A stretch of DNA of 64,000 bases. It comes from Desulfobacteraceae bacterium (GTDB taxonomy: Bacteria; Desulfobacterota; DSM-4660; Desulfatiglandales; Desulfatiglandaceae). Under the pieces are notes generated by a model. It had not been told where the DNA came from, ran no database searches, and saw only the letters and a program-made list of their open reading frames with translations. Made by a program: the position numbers and the translations under genes. Positions 46,578-55,332 of the stretch are shown here, one piece after another; position 1 is the stretch's first letter, and each line of letters begins with the position of its first letter. The stretch lies in NCBI GenBank assembly GCA_030613055.1, contig JAUWMR010000002.1, positions 14,150-78,149 on the forward strand, in the 5' to 3' direction.

Positions 46578-46605
46578 AAAAAAGGGTTGCCTTTCCTGGC
46601 AACCC
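46578..46605 (-). terminator. Intrinsic-terminator-like hairpin abutting the activator start codon
   Basis: The minus strand reads GGGTTGCC-AGGAAA-GGCAACCC, followed by TTTTTT and then ATG. Confidence 0.5.
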
Positions 46606-46761
46606 GGCTGTCTAACTTTTAAGACCCGTGGCTTTCCGTCCCCACCTCGCAATGGGTTTGGCGTTATCAGTTTCCGATTTTATTTTAATTGAGTCGCAGC
46701 TTTCTGGGGTGGACCTTAATTAGCCACAGACTATGCTGGCTATTTGAATAGAGCAAGGTTC

Positions 46762-46974
46762 ATGCCACATGTAAAATACCGGCGGAAAGGTATTAAAGAT
46801 GTGAATAAATTCATCGTATCAATGCCCGAACACAAGGCATGCCCTCTGGGAATTGGAGACCCTAAAGTGCAATATTCAAGACATGTTATATTTATCAGGC
46901 CTGGCAAAATACCTGATGGATGGTGCAATATCAAGGTAGTAATAAAAGAGAAGAAATTTGCAGATTGTAGGTAG
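46762..46974 (+). CDS. Possible small TRAM-like protein (70 aa), uncertain
   Basis: Plus-strand ORF in an otherwise minus-strand region. ...GIGDPKVQYSRHVIFIRPGKIPDGWCNIKVVIKEKKFADCR resembles the G-x-v-i-F-V-p-g-x-x-p-G-d-x-v-x-V-k-I pattern of stand-alone TRAM domains. Weak ribosome-binding context. Confidence 0.3.
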   Translation: MPHVKYRRKGIKDVNKFIVSMPEHKACPLGIGDPKVQYSRHVIFIRPGKIPDGWCNIKVVIKEKKFADCR

Positions 46975-47227
46975 CAGGAAAAGGACGTTTTTTTGCAAAA
47001 TGCAAAAAAATAAAAGCTCATTATTGAGGGCAATAATAAGTAATTTTAAAATTCCAGAACCGCATATCTATCTAAAACATAAACGTTTTTAAAAGATTTG
47101 TCATATTTCCCGAAAAACCTGGAATAGCTAAAATGGATGTTAAAACAAACAGTTATCAGAAAAAGCCGATTATAAACCCTTGATCGGGGATAACTTCTTT
47201 AAAACTAAAGGAAAAAAATCAAACCGT

Positions 47228-47268
47228 AAAAAATTGCAAAATGCAAATATAATATTTGCAATTTGCAA
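47228..47268 (-). terminator. AT-rich palindrome plus T-run immediately after the NtrC-type regulator gene
   Basis: TTGCAAAATGCAAATATAATATTTGCAATTTGCAA is a 35-bp near-perfect palindrome 10 nt after the stop codon. On the minus strand it is followed by TTTTTT. Confidence 0.5.
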
Positions 47269-47277
47269 ATACACGTA

Positions 47278-48642
47278 CTAAATCCCGTATTTCTTTACCT
47301 TTCTGTAAAGGGTTGTGATGTTTATTCCCAAAAGCTTAGCTGCCTCAGCTTTGTTGCCTTTTGTCTTAAGGAGGGCTTTATTAATAAAGATCAATTCATT
47401 TTCACCAAGGTCATAGGTCTTTTTTCCTGCTTTTGATGTTTCACCAAATTTTCTTATCTCGGACGGGAGGTCAGCAACCCTGATTGTTTCCTCTACCCCT
47501 AATGCAAATGCCCTCTCTATTACATTTTCCAGTTGCCTCACATTACCCGGCCAGTGAAAGCTTTCCAGGATATCCATGGCGTGCGGGGATATGTTAGTAA
47601 CTTCCTTATTGCTCCTTCCATTGAATTTGGCCAGGAAATGGTTTATCAAAAGGGGAATATCCTCTTTTCGTCCTCTGAGTGGCGGTATCTTAATGGAAAC
47701 GACATTTATGCGGTAGAAAAGGTCTTTTCTCAGGGCCCCGCTCTCAGTGGCCTCCTCAGGGTCCCGGTTGGTGGCCGCGATAATCCTGACGTCCACTCCT
47801 GATTCTCTGGTGCTTCCCACGGGCCTTATCTTCTTATCCTGGAGAACCCGGAGGAGTTTGACCTGCAGGGGAGCAGGCATTTCGACAATCTCATCCAGAA
47901 AGATCGTGCCGCCATTTGCGGCCTCAAACAGACCGATTTTATCCTTTATAGCGCCGGTGAATGCGCCTTTTACGTGGCCAAAAAGCTCACTCTCTAAAAG
48001 ACCTTCAACAATGGCCCCGCAATTTATCGAAATAAAAGGTTTATCCCTGCATTCGCTATTCTGGTGGATCATCCTGGCCACAACTTCTTTCCCTGTTCCG
48101 CTTTCGCCCTCGATAAGGACAGTGGGCCTGTCCATGCTGATCCTGTCGATTATTTCGCTGATTTCTCGCATCTTAGGGCTGATTCCAACCAGATCATCGT
48201 ATTTCTGTTGCGCTTTTAATCCCCTTTTGAGTAATACATTTTCCTTCTCAAGTTTTTTATTCTCAATAATCCTGTCAATCAGCAGCATTAGCCGTTCTAA
48301 CTTTATGGGCTTCTGGAGGTAATCATATCCTCCGAGCTGAAGGGCCTCAACAGCGGTTTCGATACTCCCGTAGCCGGTTATGATGATTACTTCTGTTTTT
48401 GGCCGGAAATTTTTTACGGCCTTGAGAAGTTCAAGCCCGTTGAGGTCGGGCATCTTCAGGTCGGTAAAAACGATATCAAAATCTTTTTCCTTCACTAATT
48501 CAAATGCCTTCAGGCCACTGTCAACAACTGTTACCCTGTATCCCTGCCGGGATAGATATTCATCTACTGTCGAAAGCACTGCACTTTCGTCATCAACAAA
48601 CAGGACCTCGAAATCCTCTTTAGACACGTTGTTCCCTTTCAA
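47278..48642 (-). CDS. Sigma-54-dependent response regulator (NtrC family: REC-AAA+-HTH)
   Basis: 454 aa. REC (VLFVDDESAV...TDLKMPDLNG), AAA+ (GESGTGKE, GAFTGA) and a C-terminal HTH (AAKLLGINITTLYRKVKKY). Confidence 0.9.
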   Translation of the reverse strand: MKGNNVSKEDFEVLFVDDESAVLSTVDEYLSRQGYRVTVVDSGLKAFELVKEKDFDIVFTDLKMPDLNGLELLKAVKNFRPKTEVIIITGYGSIETAVEALQLGGYDYLQKPIKLERLMLLIDRIIENKKLEKENVLLKRGLKAQQKYDDLVGISPKMREISEIIDRISMDRPTVLIEGESGTGKEVVARMIHQNSECRDKPFISINCGAIVEGLLESELFGHVKGAFTGAIKDKIGLFEAANGGTIFLDEIVEMPAPLQVKLLRVLQDKKIRPVGSTRESGVDVRIIAATNRDPEEATESGALRKDLFYRINVVSIKIPPLRGRKEDIPLLINHFLAKFNGRSNKEVTNISPHAMDILESFHWPGNVRQLENVIERAFALGVEETIRVADLPSEIRKFGETSKAGKKTYDLGENELIFINKALLKTKGNKAEAAKLLGINITTLYRKVKKYGI

Positions 48643-48775
48643 TTAGTGATGAATTCGTAAAAAGTCGAAAAGGCCCTCTACATGTGAAAAACGGCTTCAT
48701 GCCTTTTTTACTTTCCCTTTTCATTTAGCATTTGTCAATATTTTCAGATGACCAGTCCCGGGGATATTCAAATGC

Positions 48776-48803
48776 TAAAGAATTTGTTGGAATTTGCCGA
48801 TAT
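48776..48803 (+). promoter_or_regulatory. Sigma-28-type promoter candidate upstream of the hybrid kinase gene
   Basis: CTAAAG-N15/16-GCCGATAT, ending ~40 nt before the ATG at 48845. The spacer is 1 nt longer than the consensus. Confidence 0.45.
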
Positions 48804-48844
48804 ATATGGTGATCGAGTAATCTCAAAAACCGTGGAGGAATCTT

Positions 48845-51619
48845 ATGTCCACTACTGTCTTATCTGAAAAAGATTGCAAGGACCTGAACAGGTTAGAGGT
48901 AAAAAGGGTCGTCAGAAGACTGGAGACCCTGCCTGCCCTGCCTGTGGTGGCCGCAAAGATTATTGAAATATTCTCCGGGGAAGATCCTGATGCCAATGAA
49001 GTGATCAAGTTGATTGAGACAGATCAAGCCATCGCAATGAAGATTTTGAAGCTTGTAAATTCTGCGTATTTTGGTCTGCCTTCACGCATCAGCACAATAC
49101 AGAAGGCCGTTGTCATGCTCGGATCTACCGAGCTGCGTTGTGCGCTATTGGGAGCAGCCGTTTCCGATGCCTTAATCAAATCCCTGGGAGATGCAGGCGG
49201 CAGGGGACAGGATGATTTATGGAAACACTCCTTAGGCTGTGCCGTTTGCGCGGAGAAGCTTGCGGGCAAAGCATGTCCGGATCTGCAGGCCGAAGCATTT
49301 GTTGGGGGACTGCTGCATGACGTTGGAAAGCTTATCTTAGAAGATTGTTTTCCGGATGTGTCCGGGCAGATCAGGGCTGAGCATACTGAAAAGGGCATTC
49401 CATGGTTGCAGGCAGAAAAAAGTATATTAGGAGTGGATCATCCCACGGTGGGTAAATGGCTGGCAGAAAAATGGAAGCTGCCCCGGATATTTATCCAGGC
49501 TATCTGGATGCACCACCATCCGTTGAGTAGTATTCAGGAACTCGGTTTTATTGGTCAGAAGAAAATTATTATAACGATCCATCTGGCTGATATCCTGGCT
49601 CATGAGATCATGGCGGATTCCTTTTTATGTCACAGGGCAGCGATTGAGCATAAGGATATCCTTGAGTTTTTAGATGTCACCCCAGATGATCTGGAGAATT
49701 TATCAATCTCTATGGGAAGATATTACAGTGAGAGGGCTTCGATTCTTGACCTGGAGGAAGATGAACCGTCATTTTACTACGGAGCCCTTAAGCGGGCCAA
49801 TAAGAAACTGGTTAAGATAGCCTCAAAAAATGTTCGATACCGGGCGTTGAAAAAGATCAACCAGGAACTTGGCCTTCTCCATGACCTTCACTTAGAGCTT
49901 GCACGTATTGAAGATGCTGAAGAGGTCCTTGATAGAGCGGCCCAGACAATTGAATTGAAATTAAAAAAACCGAAAGGAGTGATTTACCGCATAAACCAGG
50001 AGGAGAGAATACTCAAAGGACGTTACTGGCTTTCCGGGGCGGAATCCAGCGCGTTTTCTTTTGAGCTTGATGAGAATGGGCAGCCTGCCACGCAAAAAAT
50101 CCATGAGATCGATGACGGATTAGGCAGGTTGATTGAAAGCAGCCCCAAACGATTTCCGGAAATTTCAGTCAGGAACCGGCAGATTAACCTGGTGCAGTAC
50201 TCCGATCCATATTTCGTTATGCCTCTGATAATTGGTGACCGGATTGTGGGGGAAATCGGAATTGGTGAAGAAGACGGAACAGGTAATGAATCCATGGCGG
50301 AGGGAAACCTGAAAATTTACGGGTATCTGGCCTCCATCATAGAAACTGCCCTGTCGCGCATTGAGCTTATCGAAGAGGCAAGAGAAACAGCCGAATCCCT
50401 CAGCGCAACCCTGTCGAAAAACAACCAGATGATGTTGCTGCTTAAAAAAAGCATTTCTGAAAAACAAGAAATGGAACAGGAGATTCTAAGGGCACAAAAG
50501 CTTGAGTCAATTGGAGTTGTTGTAGGAGGCATTGCCCATGACTTTAATAACATACTAACAGCTATTTCAGGCAATGTTTCGCTTGCAAAGATGTATGTAA
50601 AACCCGGAGAAAAGGCATTTGAAAAACTAATTCAGGCAGAAAAGGCATTTCTCAGGGCAAAGGATTTAAACCGGCAATTACTCACCTTTTCCAAAAGAGG
50701 CGGGGCGCCGGTAAAGAAGGTTGTCTCAATTACGGATTTGATAAAAGAATCCGTTGGCTTTGCCCTGAGAGGTTCAAATGTCCGGTGCCAATATTCCTTG
50801 CCAGACGGTCTTTTACCGGTTGAAGTTGATGAAGGACAAATTAACCAGGTTCTTAATAATTTGATTATCAATGCGGACCAGGCCATGCCTGAAGGTGGAA
50901 CAATCAGTATAAGCGGTGAAAATATCTCTTTGGAAAAGGGAAATGAATTGCCTTTTGAGGAAGGAAAGTATGTGAAAATAACCATAAAGGATCAGGGCAT
51001 TGGCATACCCAAAGAGGATCTTACGAGGATATTCGACCCCTATTTCACTACCAAAAAGAAAGGCAGCGGTCTGGGGCTTGCAACCGCCTATTCCATTGTC
51101 AAAAAGCATGGCGGCTATATAAGTGTGAATTCTGAGCCGGGTATGGGAACGACCTTCTTCCTTTATCTTCCCGCTTCAGAAAATGGACGCTTAGAAAAGA
51201 AGGATAAGGAAGAAAAACCCCTTACCGGCATGGGAAAGGTCCTGGTAATGGATGATGAAAAGGACATCAGGGAGCTTGCTGGCGAGATGCTTGAGTCGAT
51301 CGGGTATGAAGTGGGTTTTGCAAAGGACGGCATGGAAGCAATAGAAATCTACAAAAGGGCCCTAAAAACCGAAAGACCTTTTGATGCCGTAATCATAGAT
51401 TTAACAATACCTGGTGGCATGGGAGGAAAGGAAGCTATTCAAAAACTGCACGAGATTGTCCCGGAAGTTAAGGCGATTGTTTCAAGCGGCTATGTCAGCC
51501 ATCCGGTAATGGTTGATTTCAAGAAGTACGGATTTTGTGATGTTATTGCAAAACCCTACAAAATATCAGAGCTCAGTAAAGTGCTCCATAAGACCATATC
51601 AAAATACTCAAGCGTTTAG
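48845..51619 (+). CDS. Hybrid sensor histidine kinase with N-terminal HDOD domain and C-terminal receiver
   Basis: 924 aa. HDOD (LPALPVVAAKIIEIFSGEDPD...DQAIAMKILKLVNSAYFG...LLHDVGKLIL), a central GAF-like region, H box GGIAHDFNNILTAI, HATPase (NLIINADQAM...DQGIGI...GSGLGL) and REC (KVLVMDDEKDIR...IIDLTIPGGMGG). GGAGGAA ribosome-binding site. Confidence 0.9.
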   Translation: MSTTVLSEKDCKDLNRLEVKRVVRRLETLPALPVVAAKIIEIFSGEDPDANEVIKLIETDQAIAMKILKLVNSAYFGLPSRISTIQKAVVMLGSTELRCALLGAAVSDALIKSLGDAGGRGQDDLWKHSLGCAVCAEKLAGKACPDLQAEAFVGGLLHDVGKLILEDCFPDVSGQIRAEHTEKGIPWLQAEKSILGVDHPTVGKWLAEKWKLPRIFIQAIWMHHHPLSSIQELGFIGQKKIIITIHLADILAHEIMADSFLCHRAAIEHKDILEFLDVTPDDLENLSISMGRYYSERASILDLEEDEPSFYYGALKRANKKLVKIASKNVRYRALKKINQELGLLHDLHLELARIEDAEEVLDRAAQTIELKLKKPKGVIYRINQEERILKGRYWLSGAESSAFSFELDENGQPATQKIHEIDDGLGRLIESSPKRFPEISVRNRQINLVQYSDPYFVMPLIIGDRIVGEIGIGEEDGTGNESMAEGNLKIYGYLASIIETALSRIELIEEARETAESLSATLSKNNQMMLLLKKSISEKQEMEQEILRAQKLESIGVVVGGIAHDFNNILTAISGNVSLAKMYVKPGEKAFEKLIQAEKAFLRAKDLNRQLLTFSKRGGAPVKKVVSITDLIKESVGFALRGSNVRCQYSLPDGLLPVEVDEGQINQVLNNLIINADQAMPEGGTISISGENISLEKGNELPFEEGKYVKITIKDQGIGIPKEDLTRIFDPYFTTKKKGSGLGLATAYSIVKKHGGYISVNSEPGMGTTFFLYLPASENGRLEKKDKEEKPLTGMGKVLVMDDEKDIRELAGEMLESIGYEVGFAKDGMEAIEIYKRALKTERPFDAVIIDLTIPGGMGGKEAIQKLHEIVPEVKAIVSSGYVSHPVMVDFKKYGFCDVIAKPYKISELSKVLHKTISKYSSV

Positions 51620-51626
51620 CCGTTCT

Positions 51627-52376
51627 TTATTTAAATGTTGCCTTTGCATCTTCGATAGAATGGCTGGTTGCAATTTCGCTCGTTTCTGCAAACTCTTTTA
51701 GTTCATCGCTCAGGGCGGGAGAGCTGACAACTCGAATGTGGATCTTCGATTTCTGGCAGTACTGAATAACAAATATGATCAGTTTGATCAATGTCACGTT
51801 TGTTTCGGTTACTTTCAGGAGATCCAGAATTAGCTTGTTCATCCCCGAAGTTGCCATCTCTTTAATCTTGTTCTTTAGATGACCTTCAACCTGAACGCTG
51901 GTCTGCCTTTCAATCTTTTTTGGCAGAACCAGAATTTGAATATTCCCATCAACTGAAAAATATTTCTTGGACGGGTCATCAATTTCTTCTTCTGCTGCTT
52001 TTGCGGGAGCAAGCTTTAATATTTTTCCTACCCTTTCAATTAGCTGTTCACCCTTGAAGGGTTTTACCATATAATCATTGACACCCATTTTTACGATCTG
52101 CATCACGTTATCTTTTCCCGATTCTGCGGTCAGCATTATTACGGGAATATCCTGGAGGTCTGATTCGCTTTTCAACTTGCCCAACATCTCAATCCCATCC
52201 ATAACCGGCATTGTGATATCAAGGATGATCAGGCCCGGTTTATCTTTTGCAGCGCTCGCCAGACCTTCGACGCCATTCTCTGCCTCGAAAAGTATACAAT
52301 CATAAGACTTAAATGCCTTTTTCACGATCATACGGATCGTTTTGCTATCATCAACCGTTAGAATTTTCGAAGACAT
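51627..52376 (-). CDS. Response regulator with C-terminal STAS-like (anti-sigma-antagonist-like) domain
   Basis: 249 aa. REC (ILTVDDSKTIR...LDITMPVMDG...MVKPF), a linker, then ~110 aa with a STAS-like pattern (QILVLPKKIERQTSVQVEGHLKNKI...KLILDLLKVTETNVTLIKLII...IHIRVVSSPALSDELKEF). Confidence 0.75.
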   Translation of the reverse strand: MSSKILTVDDSKTIRMIVKKAFKSYDCILFEAENGVEGLASAAKDKPGLIILDITMPVMDGIEMLGKLKSESDLQDIPVIMLTAESGKDNVMQIVKMGVNDYMVKPFKGEQLIERVGKILKLAPAKAAEEEIDDPSKKYFSVDGNIQILVLPKKIERQTSVQVEGHLKNKIKEMATSGMNKLILDLLKVTETNVTLIKLIIFVIQYCQKSKIHIRVVSSPALSDELKEFAETSEIATSHSIEDAKATFK

Positions 52377-52406
52377 AATTAACCTCCAGATTATGATTTC
52401 ATTTTT

Positions 52407-52880
52407 CTATTTTATAAAAACCTCTATAAGGGCCAGGTGCTGTTGATAGAGAAAAACGAGACATTCATGCCTGACCCAGTTCATGGACTCAGTCTTAAAG
52501 TCGCTTCCGCTCGTTATGTAAGGGATGGAGATATTGCAGGGAAAGCCTGCGTCACAAAAGGCCGACTTCAGGTTGCCGCCTATCATATTGGACATTTCGC
52601 CGATCACATCGTGGACCTCTTCTTCTCCCTCAATTTCCTCTAACTCCATGCCTAACATGGCAGCGGTCATGAGACGCGCAAAGGTATCAGATACATGAAT
52701 ACAGAGATTTCCCGTTAACTCTCCTGCAAAACCGACAGATCCCATTATTCGATCGCCATCCACGGTTGTCCGGGAATCCGTATCAGATAATTGCACTTCC
52801 ATGGAAAGCATTGTATCAAATACCTCGTATACTGTATTACTGACAAAACCCTTTAAATCCATAGCGCTTATTTCATTCAT
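52407..52880 (-). CDS. CheX-like phosphatase-family protein
   Basis: Trimmed to the ATG at 52880 (MNEISAMDLKGFVSNTVYEVFDTML...). Contains HDVIGEMSNMIGGNLKSAF, the D-x3-E-x2-N family signature. Confidence 0.7.
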   Translation of the reverse strand: MNEISAMDLKGFVSNTVYEVFDTMLSMEVQLSDTDSRTTVDGDRIMGSVGFAGELTGNLCIHVSDTFARLMTAAMLGMELEEIEGEEEVHDVIGEMSNMIGGNLKSAFCDAGFPCNISIPYITSGSDFKTESMNWVRHECLVFLYQQHLALIEVFIK

Positions 52881-53003
52881 ATAATTCTCCGTCCGTTTGT
52901 ATATTAGTATTTTTGTACTATTTAAGTATTTTTTTTTGTTTGCCCTTCGGGAAAGTCCCGTCATGGCGGGACAGCAACCTCGACTTTTGAAACTTTAGTG
53001 GCA

Positions 53004-53131
53004 ATGTCATTAACTTAAAGCGTAGCGCAGGGCTTCAGCCCTGCTGTATTGCACTGTTTCGAGGCAGGGCTGAAGCCCTGCGCTACATTGGAAGATTCCT
53101 GCGCCGGTTCGGGCCCTTAAGTTAATGACAT
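53004..53131. repeat. ~128-bp composite palindrome
   Basis: Outer arms ATGTCATTAACTTAA and TTAAGTTAATGACAT enclose an inverted pair GTAGCGCAGGGCTTCAGCCCTGC and GCAGGGCTGAAGCCCTGCGCTAC. Starts 6 nt after the stop codon of the GAF kinase gene. Confidence 0.75.
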
Positions 53132-53136
53132 TGACG

Positions 53137-54444
53137 TTAGGGTTTACTCTCCACTGCGACGGGCAGGTGAATGAAAAAAGCGGTTCCTTCATTCAACTTG
53201 CTTTCCACATTTATTGTGCCCCCATGATCCTGAATAATCCCATAACAGATGGACAGGCCCAGCCCGGGACCGTTTCCTGCCCCTTCAATGGTGAAAAATG
53301 GATCAAATATCTTGTCAACTTCTTCTTCCGATATGCCAGAACCTGTATCTTCAAATCTAATTTCAATGGACTCCGGTTTTCCCTGTAATTGATTAGTGCC
53401 GGACAAAGCCCTGGTCGATATTTTCAGCATTCCACCGTTTAACATGGCGTCTTTTGCATTGGATATCAGATGGAATAAAACCTGGGAGAGTTTATCATCA
53501 TCACCCATAATCGAGGGCAGATTCAGTTCAAGCTCCCTGACAATCTGTATGCCGTGGTGCTTAACCTCATATTCGACCATGGACATGACCTTTTCGATAA
53601 GATCGTTTACATTAATTACTCCTATCTCTTGTTTTCCGTAGTGGGAAAATTGCAATAGACTTTTGACAATTTTCGCTATCCGTTCTGATTGTTCCTGCAT
53701 TATGTTTAAAGGCCTTGAAATACTGGGACTCATACCTCTGTCCATTAATAGCAACTGAATGTGACCGGATATGATATTTAAGGGATTTAATATCTCGTGG
53801 GATGCGCCGGAGGTCAACCGTCCGATGGAAGCCAGTTTTTCCGCCTGGATTATCCGTGCCTGGGCCTTTTTAAGGTTTTCATGTTCTTTTTTTAGCTTTT
53901 CATACAAGAGAGCGTTTTCCATCATCAGAGAACATTGTCTGGACAACATTTTCAGGAGTTTTAGATTTTTATGGGTTATGGAGCTTTCTTCTATTGGAGT
54001 AAGAATAAAAACTATGCCTAAGGTTCTTTTGGCTGTAGAAAGGGGTAGCATGATTATGGTTTTCCTGTTCTTAAATACCAGAGAAGGAATAAGTGCCGGT
54101 TGTCTTCTATTTATTATCCAGGAAAACGTGCCGCATTCTACCTGGAAGTCAATTTCTTTTTTACAAATCGATCCTTTGTCATGTGGTGAAACATTCTGGA
54201 GGACAAATTCATGGGTATCTTCATCGACCATAAACAGCCCGCAAACGTCCACATTAATTGACTTTCGAATTTCGTCTACAAAGGCCTCCCATATTTGATT
54301 AATATTAGAGGGAATATCTATCCTGTCCTGAAATTGACTCAATTGTTCCATCTCATCAATAAATTCCAGGATGGCCTGATAGCCCTTCTGCAGGCTGGTT
54401 ACCTGTTTTTCGCTAATTTCCGGTTTTTTTTCAGATTGAGACAT
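53137..54444 (-). CDS. GAF-domain sensor histidine kinase
   Basis: 435 aa. N-terminal GAF-like region, H box GASHEILNPLNII, HATPase (LFHLISNAKDAM...DTGSGI...GPGLGL). No TM segment seen. Confidence 0.85.
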   Translation of the reverse strand: MSQSEKKPEISEKQVTSLQKGYQAILEFIDEMEQLSQFQDRIDIPSNINQIWEAFVDEIRKSINVDVCGLFMVDEDTHEFVLQNVSPHDKGSICKKEIDFQVECGTFSWIINRRQPALIPSLVFKNRKTIIMLPLSTAKRTLGIVFILTPIEESSITHKNLKLLKMLSRQCSLMMENALLYEKLKKEHENLKKAQARIIQAEKLASIGRLTSGASHEILNPLNIISGHIQLLLMDRGMSPSISRPLNIMQEQSERIAKIVKSLLQFSHYGKQEIGVINVNDLIEKVMSMVEYEVKHHGIQIVRELELNLPSIMGDDDKLSQVLFHLISNAKDAMLNGGMLKISTRALSGTNQLQGKPESIEIRFEDTGSGISEEEVDKIFDPFFTIEGAGNGPGLGLSICYGIIQDHGGTINVESKLNEGTAFFIHLPVAVESKP

Positions 54445-54462
54445 AATTCAAACTTTAGCAAT

Positions 54463-55332
54463 TTAAGGTGAATGCCTGACAAACTGCCTTACATCTTCAA
54501 ATTCGCTTTCCATTTCTTCCAAAATGGGCCCAATAGTACTCAATTCCAGTTCCAGGATTTCCCATGCCTCCCTGTCAAGCGGCGGTATTTTTCTGTCTCC
54601 TCCCGAGCCCATATTCAACGCCCGGCATAGAATATCGGCTAAGTGCACAATAGCAGTCTCCTGCAAGAACCTCTCTGAAAGCCCGGGCTGGTGGTGATTG
54701 GCAATGACACTTTCAAGTTTGGGAGGCAAATTCCACTTTTCCGCCAAAAATTTCCCAATGTCAGCATGAGTATATCCGAGGATATAGTTCTCCGCGGTTA
54801 CCATAAGGATATCTCTTGACTCCACCATTGAAGTGACCTTTGTGAAGTCCTTTGGCAAAAACAGCATTTCAACGATCTTTCCAATGTCATGTAAAAGCCC
54901 GGATACAAAGAGTTCCTCAATTTTATCATATCTCAGGTAATTGCCGATGACCTTTGCCCCTACCGCGCAACCCAGTGAATGATCCCACAGTTTTTCCAGT
55001 CTAAGCCTCCCCTTCCTGTTTCTGTTCGAGAAAAGATCAAAGATTGAAGTAGTCAGCAGCAGGTTTCTCATTGCATCAAAACCCAGCAATACGATAGCGC
55101 TCGTTACCGTGGATATTTTTTGAGGGAAACCATAAAACGAGGAATTGACGAGTCTCAGGAGCCTTACAGTTAAAACCTGGTCATCAGTGACAACCTTAGC
55201 GAGATCTTTAGCTGAAGATCTGGGATTATTTACAAGCTCCGTTATTCTCAAGAAGGTTCTGGGAAGGGTAGGGAGGTCTTCAATCCTTCCAACAATTCTT
55301 GTTAAATCAGGTATGCCGGATTCATTTTTCAT
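54463..55332 (-). CDS. HDOD-domain protein
   Basis: 289 aa. LPTLPRTFLRITELVNNP...DQVLTVRLLRLVNSSFYGF...LLHDIGKIV...HADIGKFLAEKW. Confidence 0.85.
   Translation of the reverse strand: MKNESGIPDLTRIVGRIEDLPTLPRTFLRITELVNNPRSSAKDLAKVVTDDQVLTVRLLRLVNSSFYGFPQKISTVTSAIVLLGFDAMRNLLLTTSIFDLFSNRNRKGRLRLEKLWDHSLGCAVGAKVIGNYLRYDKIEELFVSGLLHDIGKIVEMLFLPKDFTKVTSMVESRDILMVTAENYILGYTHADIGKFLAEKWNLPPKLESVIANHHQPGLSERFLQETAIVHLADILCRALNMGSGGDRKIPPLDREAWEILELELSTIGPILEEMESEFEDVRQFVRHSP

Noticed and set aside
46720-46735. Plus-strand sigma-54-like motif TGGACCTTAATTAGCC upstream of the TRAM-like ORF.
   Set aside because: The spacing is right, but the -12 element (TAGC) deviates at the conserved TTGC. It also depends on an uncertain gene. 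Mentioned only as a weak possibility.
46740-47033. Minus-strand 97-aa ORF antisense to the TRAM-like ORF.
   Set aside because: Hydrophobic, low-complexity translation with no recognisable motif. The plus-strand reading at least has a domain-like C terminus. Neither is strongly supported.
4571-53131. Possibility that the recurring palindromic repeats represent a CRISPR array.
   Set aside because: The repeats are scattered across tens of kb in both orientations. They belong to several families, have no regular repeat-spacer periodicity, and no cas genes are present.
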